DNA of 63,756 nucleotides, the filler included, from Reclinomonas americana ATCC 50394 (Eukaryota): assembly GCA_048213135.1 (NCBI GenBank). It is 24 parts of 24 records of this genome, joined end to end, with 100 filler letters (N's around TTAATTAATTAA, not from the genome) between each part and the next. Parts side by side here need not be neighbours in the genome. Positions count along the whole stretch, not along the records: positions 32,693 to 34,425 come from AFZH01023757.1; positions 34,526 to 36,924 come from AFZH01023758.1; positions 37,025 to 39,467 come from AFZH01023760.1; positions 39,568 to 41,925 come from AFZH01023761.1; positions 42,026 to 43,729 come from AFZH01023762.1; positions 43,830 to 45,077 come from AFZH01023763.1; 18 more parts are not named here. One strand, written 5' to 3'. The notes below the pieces were generated by a model. That model was not told where the DNA came from. It did not search any database and saw only the letters and a program-made list of their open reading frames with translations. Shown here one piece after another: positions 32,843 through 44,054 of the stretch; positions within the stretch are counted from its first letter, which is position 1, and the number at the start of each line of letters is the position of its first letter. Made by a program: the position numbers and the translations under genes.

Positions 32843-32848
32843 GCGGCG

Positions 32849-33268
32849 TCAGCGCCTTGCCCAGCGGTGATAGGTCAAGGCAAGGGCGATGCAATGCGCC
32901 AGGGGCTCGGCCGGTGGCTCGCGTTCGACAGCGAAGATCAGCGCCCTGCTGCCGTCATAGCTGAACTCAGCGGGATAATGGCGCCTGAACGTCTCGATCA
33001 GGCTGGTCTGGCAATGAACATAGAGGGCGTAATGCGTCGACGAGCCCTTCAGCGCGTCGGCCCGTACGGTCGTCCCGGTCCTCGGCCGCCTGGGCAGCCA
33101 GGCAGGCTCGCCCCATTTCAGCGTCTCCGTGAGCGGCCCTATGTCGGGATGTCCGGCGGCGACCTCGAGGATCGTCTGGCGCAGGCGCAGCAGGGATGGC
33201 CGCAGCGGCTCCGGCAGCGCTCGAAACCTCGCTTCGACGGCCGCGTCAGTGAATGGCGCAAATGTCAC
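32849..33268 (-). CDS. DUF1801/YdhG-like protein
   Basis: LRQTILEVA..LTETLKWGEPAW..HCQTSL..CIALALTYH. Confidence 0.85.
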   Translation of the reverse strand: MTFAPFTDAAVEARFRALPEPLRPSLLRLRQTILEVAAGHPDIGPLTETLKWGEPAWLPRRPRTGTTVRADALKGSSTHYALYVHCQTSLIETFRRHYPAEFSYDGSRALIFAVEREPPAEPLAHCIALALTYHRWARR

Positions 33269-33305
33269 GAGCCGCTCCTGCCCACCGGCAGATGCGGCGC
33301 CCCCA

Positions 33306-33789
33306 TCAGCGCGCCGCGCCCGCCTTCACGCCGAAGATCATGCAGGTCTCCGTCCCGTGCGCCAGCAATTTACCTTGCGCATCGATCAGCCTGCCTTCGC
33401 TGGTCGCAACCGAGCCGCCGCGGTGGATCAGCCTGCCCTCGCAGCGCACCGGGCCGCTGGCGGGCATGACCGGCCGGACATAGTTCAGCTTCATCTCCAG
33501 CGTGGTGTAGCCCTCGCCGACCCGCAGCGTCGAATGCACGGCGCAGGCCATGGCGGAATCGAGGATCGTCGCGGTCCAGCCGCCATGGATCGTCCCGAGC
33601 GGGTTGAAGAAGCGCGGCGAGGGCGTGCCGACGAAGACCACCCTGCCCTCCTCGACCTCGGCGATGTCGAAATCCATGGCGTCGGCGAAGGGCGGGCCGG
33701 TGGCGTCCCTCGACGATCCCGCGCAGGAAGGATGCGCCGTCCTCCGCAAGCAGGACGTCACGGCTGACGACACCGATCTGGCGGGACAT
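33306..33789 (-). CDS. PaaI-family thioesterase, frameshifted at ~33690-33700
   Basis: N-terminus MSRQIGVV..FLRGIVEGRH is in one frame; PPFADAMDF..NPLGTIHGGW..LDSAMACAV is in another. Confidence 0.85.
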
Positions 33790-33800
33790 GCAAACACTCC

Positions 33801-33830
33801 ATCTCTATCGTGTAGATGCACGATAGAGAT
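33801..33830. promoter_or_regulatory. Candidate MarR operator next to the thioesterase RBS
   Basis: Perfect inverted repeat ATCTCTATCGTG-tagatg-CACGATAGAGAT between marR and the thioesterase gene. Confidence 0.65.
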
Positions 33831-33871
33831 CGCTCCGCGGTGCGGTCAAGCGCTTCCCTCGCAATGCGGGG

Positions 33872-34327
33872 TCAGCCAACTTCCCGCGCCGCCCGCCGGA
33901 TCGCCTTCAGATTGTCGCGCGTCTCGCTCCAGCGCTCCTGGCCGAGCCCACCCTCGATCCGGTCCTGCGCCGCGCGCCAATAGGGGATCGCCGCCTCGAT
34001 CGCGGCGCGGCCTTTCTCGGTCACGGAATAGGTCAGCGCCCTGCCCTTGCAGTCGACAGGCTCGATCAGCTTCTCGGCGGCGAGCAATTGCAGGTTGCGC
34101 GTCAGCGAGGTCCGCTCCAGCGCAAAGCGCTCGGCAAGTTCGGTGACCGAGCGCCAGGCGCCGGTCGAGAGCGCCGAGAGCAGCACGAACTGGGTGATCT
34201 TGAGGCCGCTCGGCCGCATCGCCTCGTCGTAGGCGCGCGTCACGGCCCGTGCCGTCATGCGCACATGCAGCACCACGCAGGAGCGGGCGATGTCGTCGAG
34301 ATGGAGATCGGGCGCGGGCGTCGTCAT
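33872..34327 (-). CDS. MarR-family regulator
   Basis: CVVLHVRMTARAVTRAYD..GLKITQF..ELAERFALERTSLTRNL. Confidence 0.9.
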   Translation of the reverse strand: MTTPAPDLHLDDIARSCVVLHVRMTARAVTRAYDEAMRPSGLKITQFVLLSALSTGAWRSVTELAERFALERTSLTRNLQLLAAEKLIEPVDCKGRALTYSVTEKGRAAIEAAIPYWRAAQDRIEGGLGQERWSETRDNLKAIRRAAREVG

Positions 34328-34525
34328 CTTGCCACGATAACCGGTTTAGGCTGCCCTCGCAGCAGCGCTGATCGGCGGCCCGTCGTCGCGTTCACCTTTT
34401 GCGCAGCGCTTTCCTTGACTCCGGCNNNNNNNNNNNNNNNNNNNNNNNNNNNNNNNNNNNNNNNNNNNNTTAATTAATTAANNNNNNNNNNNNNNNNNNN
34501 NNNNNNNNNNNNNNNNNNNNNNNNN

Positions 34526-34567
34526 CCCCCGATGGGCGGCGGCGGCATGGGCGGCATGGACTTCTGA
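34526..34567 (+). CDS. groEL: Chaperonin GroEL, C-terminal tail
   Basis: PPMGGGGMGGMDF*, followed by a strong terminator. Confidence 0.85.
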   Translation, partial: PPMGGGGMGGMDF

Positions 34568-34600
34568 GGAAGTCCTAGCCCTCAAGCTCGATCGTTACGG

Positions 34601-34631
34601 AAGGCCCGGCGCAAGCCGGGCCTTTTCGTTT
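34601..34631 (+). terminator. Rho-independent terminator of groEL
   Basis: AAGGCCCGGC-GCAA-GCCGGGCCTT-TTCGTTT. Confidence 0.88.
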
Positions 34632-34745
34632 ACCGGTAGCTTTGCACAGGGATGAGCGCCCCCAGGCTTGCGTCGACTTTGGTTGTAAGCCCTAGATCGC
34701 AACAGGTGCGGCATCCTGCCGCGCTCTGCTTTCGGGGGTCCTTCC

Positions 34746-35129
34746 ATGAACAACCCTGCCCTGGGCGATGCCGCCAAGCTCGCCGGCCGCATCCTGCTCG
34801 CCCTGATGTTCGTGCTCGGCGGCTGGTCCAAGATCAACGGCTATGCCGGCACGCAAGCCTACATGGCGTCCGCGGGCGTGCCCGGCATCCTGCTGCCGCT
34901 CGTCATCATCGTCGAGCTGATCGGCGGGCTGATGATCGTCCTCGGCTACAAGACCCGCCTCGCGGCGCTTGCCCTGTTCGCCTTCACCATCGCCGCCTCG
35001 GTGCTGTTCCACATGAACTGGGCGCAGCCGATGCAGCAGCTTCTGTTCATGAAGAATCTCGCCGTGGCGGGCGGCTTCCTGGTGTTGTTCGCCGCCGGCG
35101 CGGGCGCCTATTCGGTCGACAAGGACTGA
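34746..35129 (+). CDS. DoxX-family membrane protein
   Basis: GRILLALMF..ELIGGLMIVLGYKTR..FMKNLAVAGGFL..GAGAYSVD. Confidence 0.92.
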   Translation: MNNPALGDAAKLAGRILLALMFVLGGWSKINGYAGTQAYMASAGVPGILLPLVIIVELIGGLMIVLGYKTRLAALALFAFTIAASVLFHMNWAQPMQQLLFMKNLAVAGGFLVLFAAGAGAYSVDKD

Positions 35130-35158
35130 AGGCCCATCACAAAACGCTGAAAAAGCGC

Positions 35159-35185
35159 GGCCCGGCCTTGAGCCGGGCCTTTTTT
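35159..35185 (+). terminator. Rho-independent terminator
   Basis: GGCCCGGC-CTTGA-GCCGGGCC-TTTTTT. Confidence 0.85.
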
Positions 35186-35261
35186 GTGCGCAGGGCTGCT
35201 CTACAACGCTTTCTCCTGTGCAGTGCGTCTCCCGCGCTGATTCCCCGACAAGGACGATGCC

Positions 35262-36924
35262 ATGCGCCTGTTGAGTTTCGCCGTCGCCGCGCTTGCCGTG
35301 ATCGCGCTCGTGGTCGGCCAGCAAAGCAGCAGCGCCGGCATCCTCGGACTCGGCGCCGTCGGCCTGCTGCTAGCCTTCGCCACCTTCCGGGCAACCGAGA
35401 TCAGCACCTTCCTGAAGATCTTCTCGGTCGTCTTCGCGGTGGAATACGTGGCGACCGGCGCCGGTGCGGTGCTGGCGCAGGTCGGCTTCTGGCCAGAAGG
35501 CTGGCAGGCGATCGCACCGCCGGCGAGCCTGCCGACGACGATCGGCGTCTTCGGCATCCTCGTCTATGCGATCTCGTTCATCCCGGCGATCCAGCGCATC
35601 GCCCGGCTGGCCTCGCCTTATTTCGAGGCCCCGGAATCGACCACCGCGAACCTCTGGCCGGTGAAGCCCTTCCGGATCGGCACCGGCCGGCTCGGCATCG
35701 CGCTACTCGTCTTCCTCGTGGTGCTCAACCAGCTCCAGGTCGGCATCTCGCTGCGCCTCTCCTTCTTCAACCGCGATTTCTACAACGCGATCCAGGAAAA
35801 GGACGCCAACGGCTTCTGGTACCAGCTGATCTACGTATTCAGCGTCTGGGCGGCGATTGCGGTCATCTCCAACCTGATCGAGATCGTCGCAAACTATACG
35901 CTGCTGATCCGCTGGCGCCGCTGGATGGCGGAGAAGTTCAGCGGAGCCTGGCTGAACAACGCCAACCATTACAGGATTTCGCTGGCAGGAACCGCCGACA
36001 ACCCCGACCAGCGCATCGCCGAAGACACGCGCGCCTTCGTCAACCAGACGTACAATTTCGCCCTGCCGCTGCTGACGCAGGTGTCGACCCTGGTCTCGTT
36101 CTCGATCATCCTCTGGTCGATCCCGGTCGCCAGCGTCGTACCCGGCACTGAGATCAGCATTCCCGGTTTCATATTCTGGATGGCGCTGATCTATTCGGTC
36201 GCCGCAACCTGGATCGCCCATCTGATCGGCCGCCCGATGATCGGGCTGGAATTCGAGCAGGAGAAGCGCGAGGCGAATTTCCGCTACTCGCTGGCCCGCC
36301 TACGCGAATATTCCGAGCAGATCGCGTTGATGCGCGGCGAAGGCTCCGAGCAGCGCCATCTCAGCGAACGCTTCGGCGACATCGTCACGAACTTCTACCG
36401 GCTGGTCTGGGCACGGGTGCGGCTGACGACCTTCACCCTGTCCTTCGCGCAGGCCAATGTCGTCGTGCCCTATATCCTGCTCGCGCCGCATTATTTCTCG
36501 GGCAAGATCACGCTGGGCATCATGACCCAGGTCGCCTCGGCCTTCGACCGGGTGCAGACGGCGATGTCGTTCTTCATCGACCGCTACCAGTCGATCGCCT
36601 CCTATGTCGCCTCGATCAACCGTCTCACCACCTTCGAGGCCGCGATCGCGCGGGCGCAAGCTCAGGGAGCCGGCGGCACGGACTCCGCGATCGACATTGC
36701 GCAGAAGCCCGGTAAGGACACGACGGTCGAGACGCTTGCGCTCACGCTGCCAAACGGCAAGCCGATCGTGAATGCGTCCGACCTGACCCTGCCGGCAGGC
36801 CTTTCCACGCTGGTCGTCGGCCCCTCGGGCTCCGGCAAGTCGACGCTGTTCCGGGCGCTCGCCGGCATCTGGCCCTTCGGCAAAGGCAAGGTCGCGACAC
36901 CTGAAGGGCAGCACATGCTGCTCC
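35262..36924 (+). CDS. SbmA/BacA-like ABC transporter permease-ATPase (YddA/BclA type), 3' truncated
   Basis: DNPDQRIAED, REANFRYSLARLREYSEQIAL, Walker A GPSGSGKST and LAGIWPFG. Confidence 0.88.
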
Positions 36925-37024
36925 NNNNNNNNNNNNNNNNNNNNNNNNNNNNNNNNNNNNNNNNNNNNTTAATTAATTAANNNNNNNNNNNNNNNNNNNN
37001 NNNNNNNNNNNNNNNNNNNNNNNN

Positions 37025-37202
37025 CGGCGCGGACGATGAACTCCGGCGTCGGCAGATCGCCCTCGCCGACCCAGAGCGGGATCAGGCCGGGCTTGAGCCG
37101 GCCGTGGTTGACGACCTCGACGATGCCGCTCTCGGGGGCGTTGCGCGCCTCGGGGCGAAGGTCGGCGATCAGGCTGGTGCCGGCCGGTGCGTGCATGTTC
37201 AT
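37025..37202 (-). CDS. Class I/II PLP aminotransferase, N-terminal fragment
   Basis: APESGIVEV..LIPLWVGEGDLPTPEFI. Confidence 0.8.
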
Positions 37203-37367
37203 TTGGCGATCCTTTGGGCGACCTTCGGGCGATCCGTCGCGAGAAACATGCAGGCCAATCTAACGCAGAAAGCGCCCCGGCGGCATGAATTGACGAGATC
37301 GACCCGATCGGTCGCGGTGATGGATCGCGGGGCGCATCCGAAGGCTCGGCGCGCCCCGGGCAGGCAA

Positions 37368-37787
37368 TCAGGCCTGGCGCTGCTTCAGCAGGTCGCGGAT
37401 CTCGCTGAGCAGGGCGATGTCCTGCGGCGGAGCCACAGGCTCGGCCGGCTTGGCGGCTTCCTTGCGGCGGAGGGTGTTGATGCCCTTGACGACCATGAAC
37501 AGCACGAAGGCGATGATCAGGAAGTTGACCGCGATGGTGAGGAAGTTGCCGTAAGCGAGGACGGCGCCCTGCTTCTTGGCATCGACCAAAACGGGCGAGG
37601 TGACGGCCTTGTTGAGGCCCAAGAAATAGTTGGAGAAGTCGACGCTGCCGATCGCTCCGATCAGCGGCATGATGATGTCGCCGACCAGCGATTCGACGAT
37701 CTTGCCGAAAGCCGCGCCGATGATCACACCGATGGCGAGATCGACCACGTTGCCCTTCAGAGCGAATTCCTTGAATTCCTTGAGCAT
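37368..37787 (-). CDS. mscL: Large-conductance mechanosensitive channel
   Basis: [41 protein letters not shown]. Confidence 0.97.
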   Translation of the reverse strand: MLKEFKEFALKGNVVDLAIGVIIGAAFGKIVESLVGDIIMPLIGAIGSVDFSNYFLGLNKAVTSPVLVDAKKQGAVLAYGNFLTIAVNFLIIAFVLFMVVKGINTLRRKEAAKPAEPVAPPQDIALLSEIRDLLKQRQA

Positions 37788-38017
37788 GGAGCGCCTTTCC
37801 GAATGCTTGGCCAGTCTTCGGCACCGCCTTGCGCAATGCCGCCCCCGCGCGCAAGCTAGACCACAGGCGCCAGCGCTGGAAACAGCTTTCCGGCCGCTCT
37901 GCTCGGTCTTTCCCACGGAAAAGGCGGTTTCCAGACCCTGATTATCCAGTTTGCGAAGACCAGGCGACAGCGAACGCTGCGGCAGTAGCCTCGGCCCTGC
38001 CGTAGCGCCCCGCCCCG

Positions 38018-39151
38018 TCAGTGCCCGATCCGGCCGGGCGCCAGGGGCTTGAAGCGGAAGATGTAGTACGGCGCCTTGTTCAGGGCCTTGCCGTCGTTGA
38101 AGAGGGCAGCCTGCGGCAGCTGCGCGGCCGAAACATACATGAAGCCGTCAGGCGAATAGCTGACGCCGTCGGGCCAGCTCAATCCCTCATGCGTCGCGAA
38201 GCGCCGGTACTGGCGGCCTTTGGCGGGAATGACGCCGACCGCCTTCGCCTCGACCTCGGTCAGATAGAGGTTGCCCCTGGCGTCGAGCGAGAAGCCGCCA
38301 TTATTCGGCTTGGCGGCGTAACGCTCGACCTTGGCGCCGAGCTCGGCATCGCCGAGCCCCTCGTCGATCAGGTCGGCGATGCGCAGGCGATAGACGCTCG
38401 TGCCGCTCAGCGGAGCGTAATAGAGCCAGCGGAAGTCCTTGTCCGCGGCGATGCCATCGGCGCCGACCTTGATCACGGCCGGCTTGCCGTCCTTGCCGGG
38501 CACGGTCAGGTCCTTGCCGTCGACCGTGATCGGCCGGTCCTCCGGCCTGGTGGTAGCGTGCCCCTGCAGCACGCGGCGGGCCGCGCCGGTGTCCATGTCG
38601 ACGATCACCAGCGCCGCCTTGCTGCCGTCGCCGCCTGGGCCAATGCCCTCGTCGGCGATGTAGAACTTGCGGTTCTTCAGGTCGACGACGAAGTCGTTGT
38701 GCTGCGATTCCGGCAGCGAGGCCGGGGCCGGGATATAGTAGATCCGGTGCAGCCGGTTGCGCTTGCTGTCCCAGCCGACGAGTTTCGGCGTCAGCGGCGT
38801 GCGCTGGCCCATGTCCATCAGCCAGACGATGCCGTTCTCGTCGCCGCGCAGGCCGAGCACGCTGTCGAGATAGCGGTCGGTGCCCGGACGCGGCGTGTTC
38901 CAGCTCGCATCCGGGAACGGCTTGAAGGATTTGCGATCGGGATTCAGCTCCGCCACTCGGATGTCCGGCGAAAAGAACGGATGGTGGCTGAAGATCACCC
39001 GCTTGTCCGGCGTGAAGGTGATGTTGCCGACGGCCTGGGGCAGCTCAGCGAAGATTTCCGCTTTCATAGGCTCGGCGGCTTCCTGGGCCAGCGCGCCGAA
39101 AGGAGCCGCCAGGAAGCCGGCCGCGATTGCGGCCGTGATGACGATACGCAT
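38018..39151 (-). CDS. Major royal jelly protein/Yellow-family secreted beta-propeller
   Basis: Signal peptide; GNITFT, WLMDMG, NDFVVD, GADGIA..LYY and WPDGVS. Confidence 0.85.
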   Translation of the reverse strand: MRIVITAAIAAGFLAAPFGALAQEAAEPMKAEIFAELPQAVGNITFTPDKRVIFSHHPFFSPDIRVAELNPDRKSFKPFPDASWNTPRPGTDRYLDSVLGLRGDENGIVWLMDMGQRTPLTPKLVGWDSKRNRLHRIYYIPAPASLPESQHNDFVVDLKNRKFYIADEGIGPGGDGSKAALVIVDMDTGAARRVLQGHATTRPEDRPITVDGKDLTVPGKDGKPAVIKVGADGIAADKDFRWLYYAPLSGTSVYRLRIADLIDEGLGDAELGAKVERYAAKPNNGGFSLDARGNLYLTEVEAKAVGVIPAKGRQYRRFATHEGLSWPDGVSYSPDGFMYVSAAQLPQAALFNDGKALNKAPYYIFRFKPLAPGRIGH

Positions 39152-39174
39152 GGTCCACGCTCCCGGTCTTGTTG

Positions 39175-39467
39175 TCAGAAGCCTTCGAGAACGATCTTGC
39201 CCCTGGCCTTGCCGCTTTCGAGCAAGGCATGGGCGCGCCTGAGGTTGGCCGCGTCGATCTTGCCGAAATGCTCACCGAGCGTGGTCTTGAGCTTGCCCGC
39301 GTCGACCAGAGCGGAAACCTCGTTCAGCAATTCGTGCTGCTTGATCATGTCGGCGGTGCCGAAGAGCGAGCGCGTGAACATCAGCTCCCAATGCAGCGAG
39401 ACGCTCTTGCGCTTCAGCTTCATCACGTCGATCGGCTCGGGATCGTCGATCAGGCCGAAGCGGCCCT
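39175..39467 (-). CDS. Zinc-binding alcohol dehydrogenase-family protein, C-terminal fragment
   Basis: KRKSVSLHWELMFTRSLF..AHALLESGKARGKIVLEGF. Confidence 0.88.
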
Positions 39468-39567
39468 NNNNNNNNNNNNNNNNNNNNNNNNNNNNNNNNN
39501 NNNNNNNNNNNTTAATTAATTAANNNNNNNNNNNNNNNNNNNNNNNNNNNNNNNNNNNNNNNNNNNN

Positions 39568-40000
39568 AAGCCTTGCCCTTGCGATCGTAGAGCGCCGCCC
39601 GCACCAGCGCGACCGCAGCGACGATCTCCTTTCCGTCACGTCCATCAGCGAGGATGCGGTGCTGGATCACGACCCAGCCCTCGCTCCAGCACAGCAGCCG
39701 CGTCTCCAGCCTGAGCGCCCGGAACAGGCGGAGCTCGCGGCGGAAGCGGATCGTGCCGCAATTGACCACCGGCACCCAGCCATGACGCAGGATCGCGCGC
39801 CACAGGCCGCTGCGCAGCATCAGATCGGCGCGGCCGAGATCCATCAGCCCCCAATAGCGGGCATTGTTCATGTGCAGGCTGGTGTCGAGATCGTGGAACC
39901 AGACCCGAAAGGGCAGGATCGAGGCCTCGAAAGGCGGCTTGAGCTTCGGCTGGAAGGGCCGCGTCAGCAACAGCCAGATCAGGCGGAACCAGAGATTCAT
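39568..40000 (-). CDS. Thioesterase-family protein (4HBT/THEM6-like), 3' truncated
   Basis: MNLWFRL..FRVWFHDLDTSLHMNNARY..DLGR. Confidence 0.85.
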
Positions 40001-40290
40001 GGCAGTGTCCCGAAGAGGATAGTTTAGTTGTAAACATTTTTGCGCGCGCGACCAGACCCGCTTGGCGGCCCCCTGACCGCAAGCCCTCTGCGCGTCGATC
40101 ACGACTGGAAAAATCCGAATGCTGCGCTGCACGATCCTGCGGCCCAGGATGCTGCGGCAGCGCTGCCATGCGGGTAAAACGGACCTGCGCGCAAGATCAT
40201 GCTTGCCAAGTACGCTTTTTGCGCAGAAGCATCTGCGCTCTCCGGCGGCAGCCTTGAGGCCGCGCCGGCCCACGGGACGACGCCCCAGCG

Positions 40291-40755
40291 ATGCAGATCG
40301 AACTCGATTCGCGCGACAGGACGATCCTGCGCATCCTCCAGAAGGATGGCCGGATCACCAATTCGGACCTCGCCGAGAAGGTGCATCTCTCGCCCTCGGC
40401 CTGCCTGCGCCGCGTGCGCCAGCTCGAGGAGAGCGGGCTGATCCGCGGCTATGTGATGATGCTCGACGAGCGCATCGCCGGCTTCCCCGGCACCGCCTTC
40501 GTCTTCGTCACGCTCGACCAGCAGGGCCGGGCCTCGCTGGAGAGCTTCGAGAAGGCCGTGCAGGACCTGCCGGAGATCCTCGAATGCCATCTGCTCGCCG
40601 GCGCGCACGACTACCTGATGCGGGTGATCTACCGCGACAGCGCCGATTTCGAGCGCATCCACACCGACATTATCACGCAATTGCCCGGCGTCACCCGGGT
40701 GCAGTCGACGCTGACATTGCGCACCATCAAGAAGACCTCGTCGCTGCCGATGTGA
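40291..40755 (+). CDS. Lrp/AsnC-family regulator
   Basis: [38 protein letters not shown]. Confidence 0.95.
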   Translation: MQIELDSRDRTILRILQKDGRITNSDLAEKVHLSPSACLRRVRQLEESGLIRGYVMMLDERIAGFPGTAFVFVTLDQQGRASLESFEKAVQDLPEILECHLLAGAHDYLMRVIYRDSADFERIHTDIITQLPGVTRVQSTLTLRTIKKTSSLPM

Positions 40756-40829
40756 GCCGCGATATGAGCGCCGGGGTTGCGAGAGCTGGCCTCAGCGCCG
40801 ATAACGGGCCCCCAACAGGATTCGCGCCC

Positions 40830-41087
40830 GTGACCGACGCCAAGACCAATGCCGATGTCGCCGGCCTGCCCTTCGAGGCGGCCCTGAAGGAGCTGGAAGC
40901 TATCGTCGCCCGGCTCGAACGCGGCGATGTCGCGCTCGAAGAATCGATCGACATCTACACCCGCGGCGAGGCGCTGAAAGCGCGCTGCGACGCGCTGCTG
41001 AAGCAGGCCGAGGCCCGAATCGAGAAGATCACTCTGGGCGCAGACGGCAAGCCGACCGGCACCCAGCCGCTCGACGTCGGGAACTAG
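40830..41087 (+). CDS. xseB: Exodeoxyribonuclease VII small subunit
   Basis: [37 protein letters not shown] start. Confidence 0.93.
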   Translation: MTDAKTNADVAGLPFEAALKELEAIVARLERGDVALEESIDIYTRGEALKARCDALLKQAEARIEKITLGADGKPTGTQPLDVGN

Positions 41088-41110
41088 GGGTTCAGCAGGC
41101 GCGCCGCGAC

Positions 41111-41925
41111 ATGCGGACCACGCCCTCCATAGCGAGCCGCCCCCTCGCAGTCCCGCCGCCGCTCGAGCTTGCGATCTCGCTCACCGGCGAGGACCGCGTC
41201 GCAGCCGCGATGCATCTCTACCGTGATCTGATCGCGACGCGGCGCCGGAACATCCTGGTCTTTACCGGCATCGCCCTGCTCCTGATCGCAGTCGGACAGC
41301 TATCGACCTCCTGGGGCGGGCGCGGCCGCGGCGACTTCGCCCTGATGGGGCGCAATTTCCTGGATGCGTTGAGCGGCCCGACCGGCATCCTCCTGCTGGC
41401 CTTCGCCCTGGCGGGCGGGATCGCCTACGCCGTGTTCGGCGCGTCCACGCGCCATCGACTAAGGCGCTGGTATCGGAACGAGGGCCTCACGACCGCGATG
41501 CCATGCAGCTATCGTCTGCACGAGTGCGGCCTCGACAGCAGTGAACCGCACCATCGCAGCCATATCCCGGCCTGGCGCCTGCGCCGACTGGCCGAAAGCC
41601 CCGGGCATTTCTTCATCGAGATCGAAGGGGTCGACGATCTGGTCGCGCTGCCGAAGCGAGACCTGTCGGCCGAACAGCAGGCACATCTTCAGGATTGGGC
41701 TCGGTTCTGCATCGGCCAAGCGAAGCCGTCGGATACCGACGCAGCGGAACAATCAGCAACGGAACCGGCCGACGAAGCGCCTCTCGATCTGCGCTTTCGC
41801 CTGACGCGCGAGGATCGCACGGCCATGGCCCTGCGCCAGCAGGAGCGGTTCTGGCCGCGCAGCCGCCTGCTGCGCCGGACGGCGATCGGCCTCGTCTTCG
41901 CCCTTTTGCTGGTGCCGGCGGTGAT
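41111..41925 (+). CDS. YcxB-like membrane protein, apparently with a repeated domain, 3' truncated
   Basis: Two TM helices plus ..IPAW..ESPGHFFI..ALPKR; a second unit restarts at LRFRLTRED. Confidence 0.6.
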
Positions 41926-42353
41926 NNNNNNNNNNNNNNNNNNNNNNNNNNNNNNNNNNNNNNNNNNNNTTAATTAATTAANNNNNNNNNNNNNNNNNNN
42001 NNNNNNNNNNNNNNNNNNNNNNNNNAGCCGCCTTCGCTGGCCGAGCGAAGGACCGGGCAACGGGCGCTGCCAGAGAGCGGCGCAGATTGGAAGGTCGGTT
42101 CGCCGGGTTGGCGCAAGCGGCGAGGCAGGCTGCGAACAGTATGAGCAGCAGGACGGTCGCAGCCGCATGCCGGCACGGCAGACGGATCGGATCTGTCCTG
42201 TGCGTTCGGGCCACGGCCATGTCGCGCGCTCTCCGCCGCGCGACATCGAATCGCCTGATGTCCTGCGAGCGCAGGACATCTCGTCACTGCTCATTGTCCG
42301 AGCATTGCCGCTTGCCGGGCGAGGTCGCCCCGGGACGCCGGCAATCGGCTTCC

Positions 42354-43364
42354 TCAATTGACGGGCGGGATGCCGGCCGCCTTCACCAGCTTGCCGACAT
42401 CGTCGATCTCGGCCCGCAGGCGCCGGCCGAATTGCTCGCGATCGAGCGGCATCGGCTCCATGCCGACGGTCCGCAGCTTCTCCTGGATCTCCGGCAGCCG
42501 CAAAGCCGTCTGCGCTTCCCGATAGAGGCGCTCGATCGCCCCCGGCGGCGTTCTGCTCGGCACGAACAGCCCGATCCAGAACTCGTAGGCGGAATCCGGC
42601 AGCCCGGCCTCCAGCGTCGTCGGGACATCGGGCAAGGCGGCGACCCGCCGGGAGGTGCTGACCGCGAGCGCGGTCAGCGTCCCCTCCTTGAGATGGGGGA
42701 GCGCCGCCGAGAGCGGCAGGAAATAGATGTCGATCTCGCCGGCGAGCAGGCCGGTGATGGCGTCGATCGGGCCGCGATAGGGCACATGGTGCATCTGCAG
42801 TCCGGCGCCGGCCAGCATGCGCAGCGCCGCCAGATGCGAGGTGCTGCCGCTGCCGGCCGAGGCGTAGTTCAGCACGCCGGGCTTGGCTTTCGCCGCCGCC
42901 ACCAGGTCGGCGACGGTCTTGAAACCCTTCTTGGGCGTGGTGACCAGCACGCTCGGCTGGATGCCGAAGGGTATCACCGCCGCAAGGTCACCCGTCGTGT
43001 CGTAGGGAAGCTTCGAATAGAGGGACGGCGCGATCGCGATCGACGAGGAGTGCACCAGGATCGTGTAGCCATCCGGCGTCGCCTTCGCCACCGTCGCGGC
43101 CCCGATCGTGCCGCCGGCCCCGACGCGGTTCTCGACCACGATCGGCCGGTCGAGCTGCCGCGACATCTGATCGAGCACGATCCGGCCGACCACGTCGATG
43201 GCGTTGCCCGCGGCGAGCGGGACGACCGCCGTGATCGGCCGCTCCGGCCAGGCTTGGGCGATGGAAGGGCTCGGAAGCGCTGCGGGCAACAGGGTGCAGA
43301 AGGCCAAAGCGAGCAGTCGCCTTGCCGGGCGGGCGAGGGGCGTCCGAAATCCGTCGTCGTTCAT
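42354..43364 (-). CDS. Bug/TctC tripartite tricarboxylate transporter substrate-binding protein
   Basis: WPERPIT..VVENRVGAGGTIG..PDGYT..HVPYRG..LPDVPT. Confidence 0.93.
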   Translation of the reverse strand: MNDDGFRTPLARPARRLLALAFCTLLPAALPSPSIAQAWPERPITAVVPLAAGNAIDVVGRIVLDQMSRQLDRPIVVENRVGAGGTIGAATVAKATPDGYTILVHSSSIAIAPSLYSKLPYDTTGDLAAVIPFGIQPSVLVTTPKKGFKTVADLVAAAKAKPGVLNYASAGSGSTSHLAALRMLAGAGLQMHHVPYRGPIDAITGLLAGEIDIYFLPLSAALPHLKEGTLTALAVSTSRRVAALPDVPTTLEAGLPDSAYEFWIGLFVPSRTPPGAIERLYREAQTALRLPEIQEKLRTVGMEPMPLDREQFGRRLRAEIDDVGKLVKAAGIPPVN

Positions 43365-43454
43365 GGCGTTCTCCCGGTGGTGTCTGGGCCCTGGCCTCCG
43401 GCCGGCTGTTCTCGTGCTTCGGATATCGGGGCAGGGCGCGCGTGGTGAGCTTAT

Positions 43455-43564
43455 GCAATCGATTGCTATCGTGCGAAATCGTATCGGTCAATGCGATAGG
43501 AATAATAATCGAATGATAGGATCTCTGCCGACTTTTGAGCGCTAAAAGTACCGCAATCGATTGC
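43455..43564. promoter_or_regulatory. Two LacI-type operator-like palindromes upstream of the Bug gene
   Basis: GCAATCGATTGC at 43455-43466 and 43553-43564, flanking an AT-rich segment. Confidence 0.6.
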
Positions 43565-44054
43565 TCACGAGCGCGGCTTTATGCGGCGATGTATGCCGGG
43601 GCGTCTCGGTGGAGGCGGTCCCGCTTTGGCCGTTCGCGCCTTTCGCGGTCCGTGCCGCGTGCGCGAGCCGCGTCTAGCGCTGCTCCGGTCGGGGAGCTGC
43701 GGTCGAGCCGCGCACGACGAGGCGAGGCGNNNNNNNNNNNNNNNNNNNNNNNNNNNNNNNNNNNNNNNNNNNNTTAATTAATTAANNNNNNNNNNNNNNN
43801 NNNNNNNNNNNNNNNNNNNNNNNNNNNNNGATCAATTGCGCCTGATTGCATAATCACAAGTCAAGATGTTTCGCTTCGGCGGCCTATGCACGCAGGAAGA
43901 TTCGACGAGGGGTGGCCGTTGACATCGCCGAAGGTCGTAGGTCCTCAGGGCGCAGGGGAGGCCTCGGAACGGGCGGGAACGGCCTCGTCCAGGTCATGCC
44001 GAGGTGCCCGCCAGCCTCTAGGCGACACTTCCCGCATCGCGTAAGCCGCAGCGC

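Noticed and set aside
34395..34425. CTTGACT at the contig end as the groESL heat-shock promoter
   Set aside because: Plausible because the groEL tail follows the gap, but no -10 box or CIRCE element is visible.
42026..42220. Lipoprotein-like ORF (LAAC) downstream of the Bug gene
   Set aside because: Short and truncated, with no recognisable family or clear RBS.
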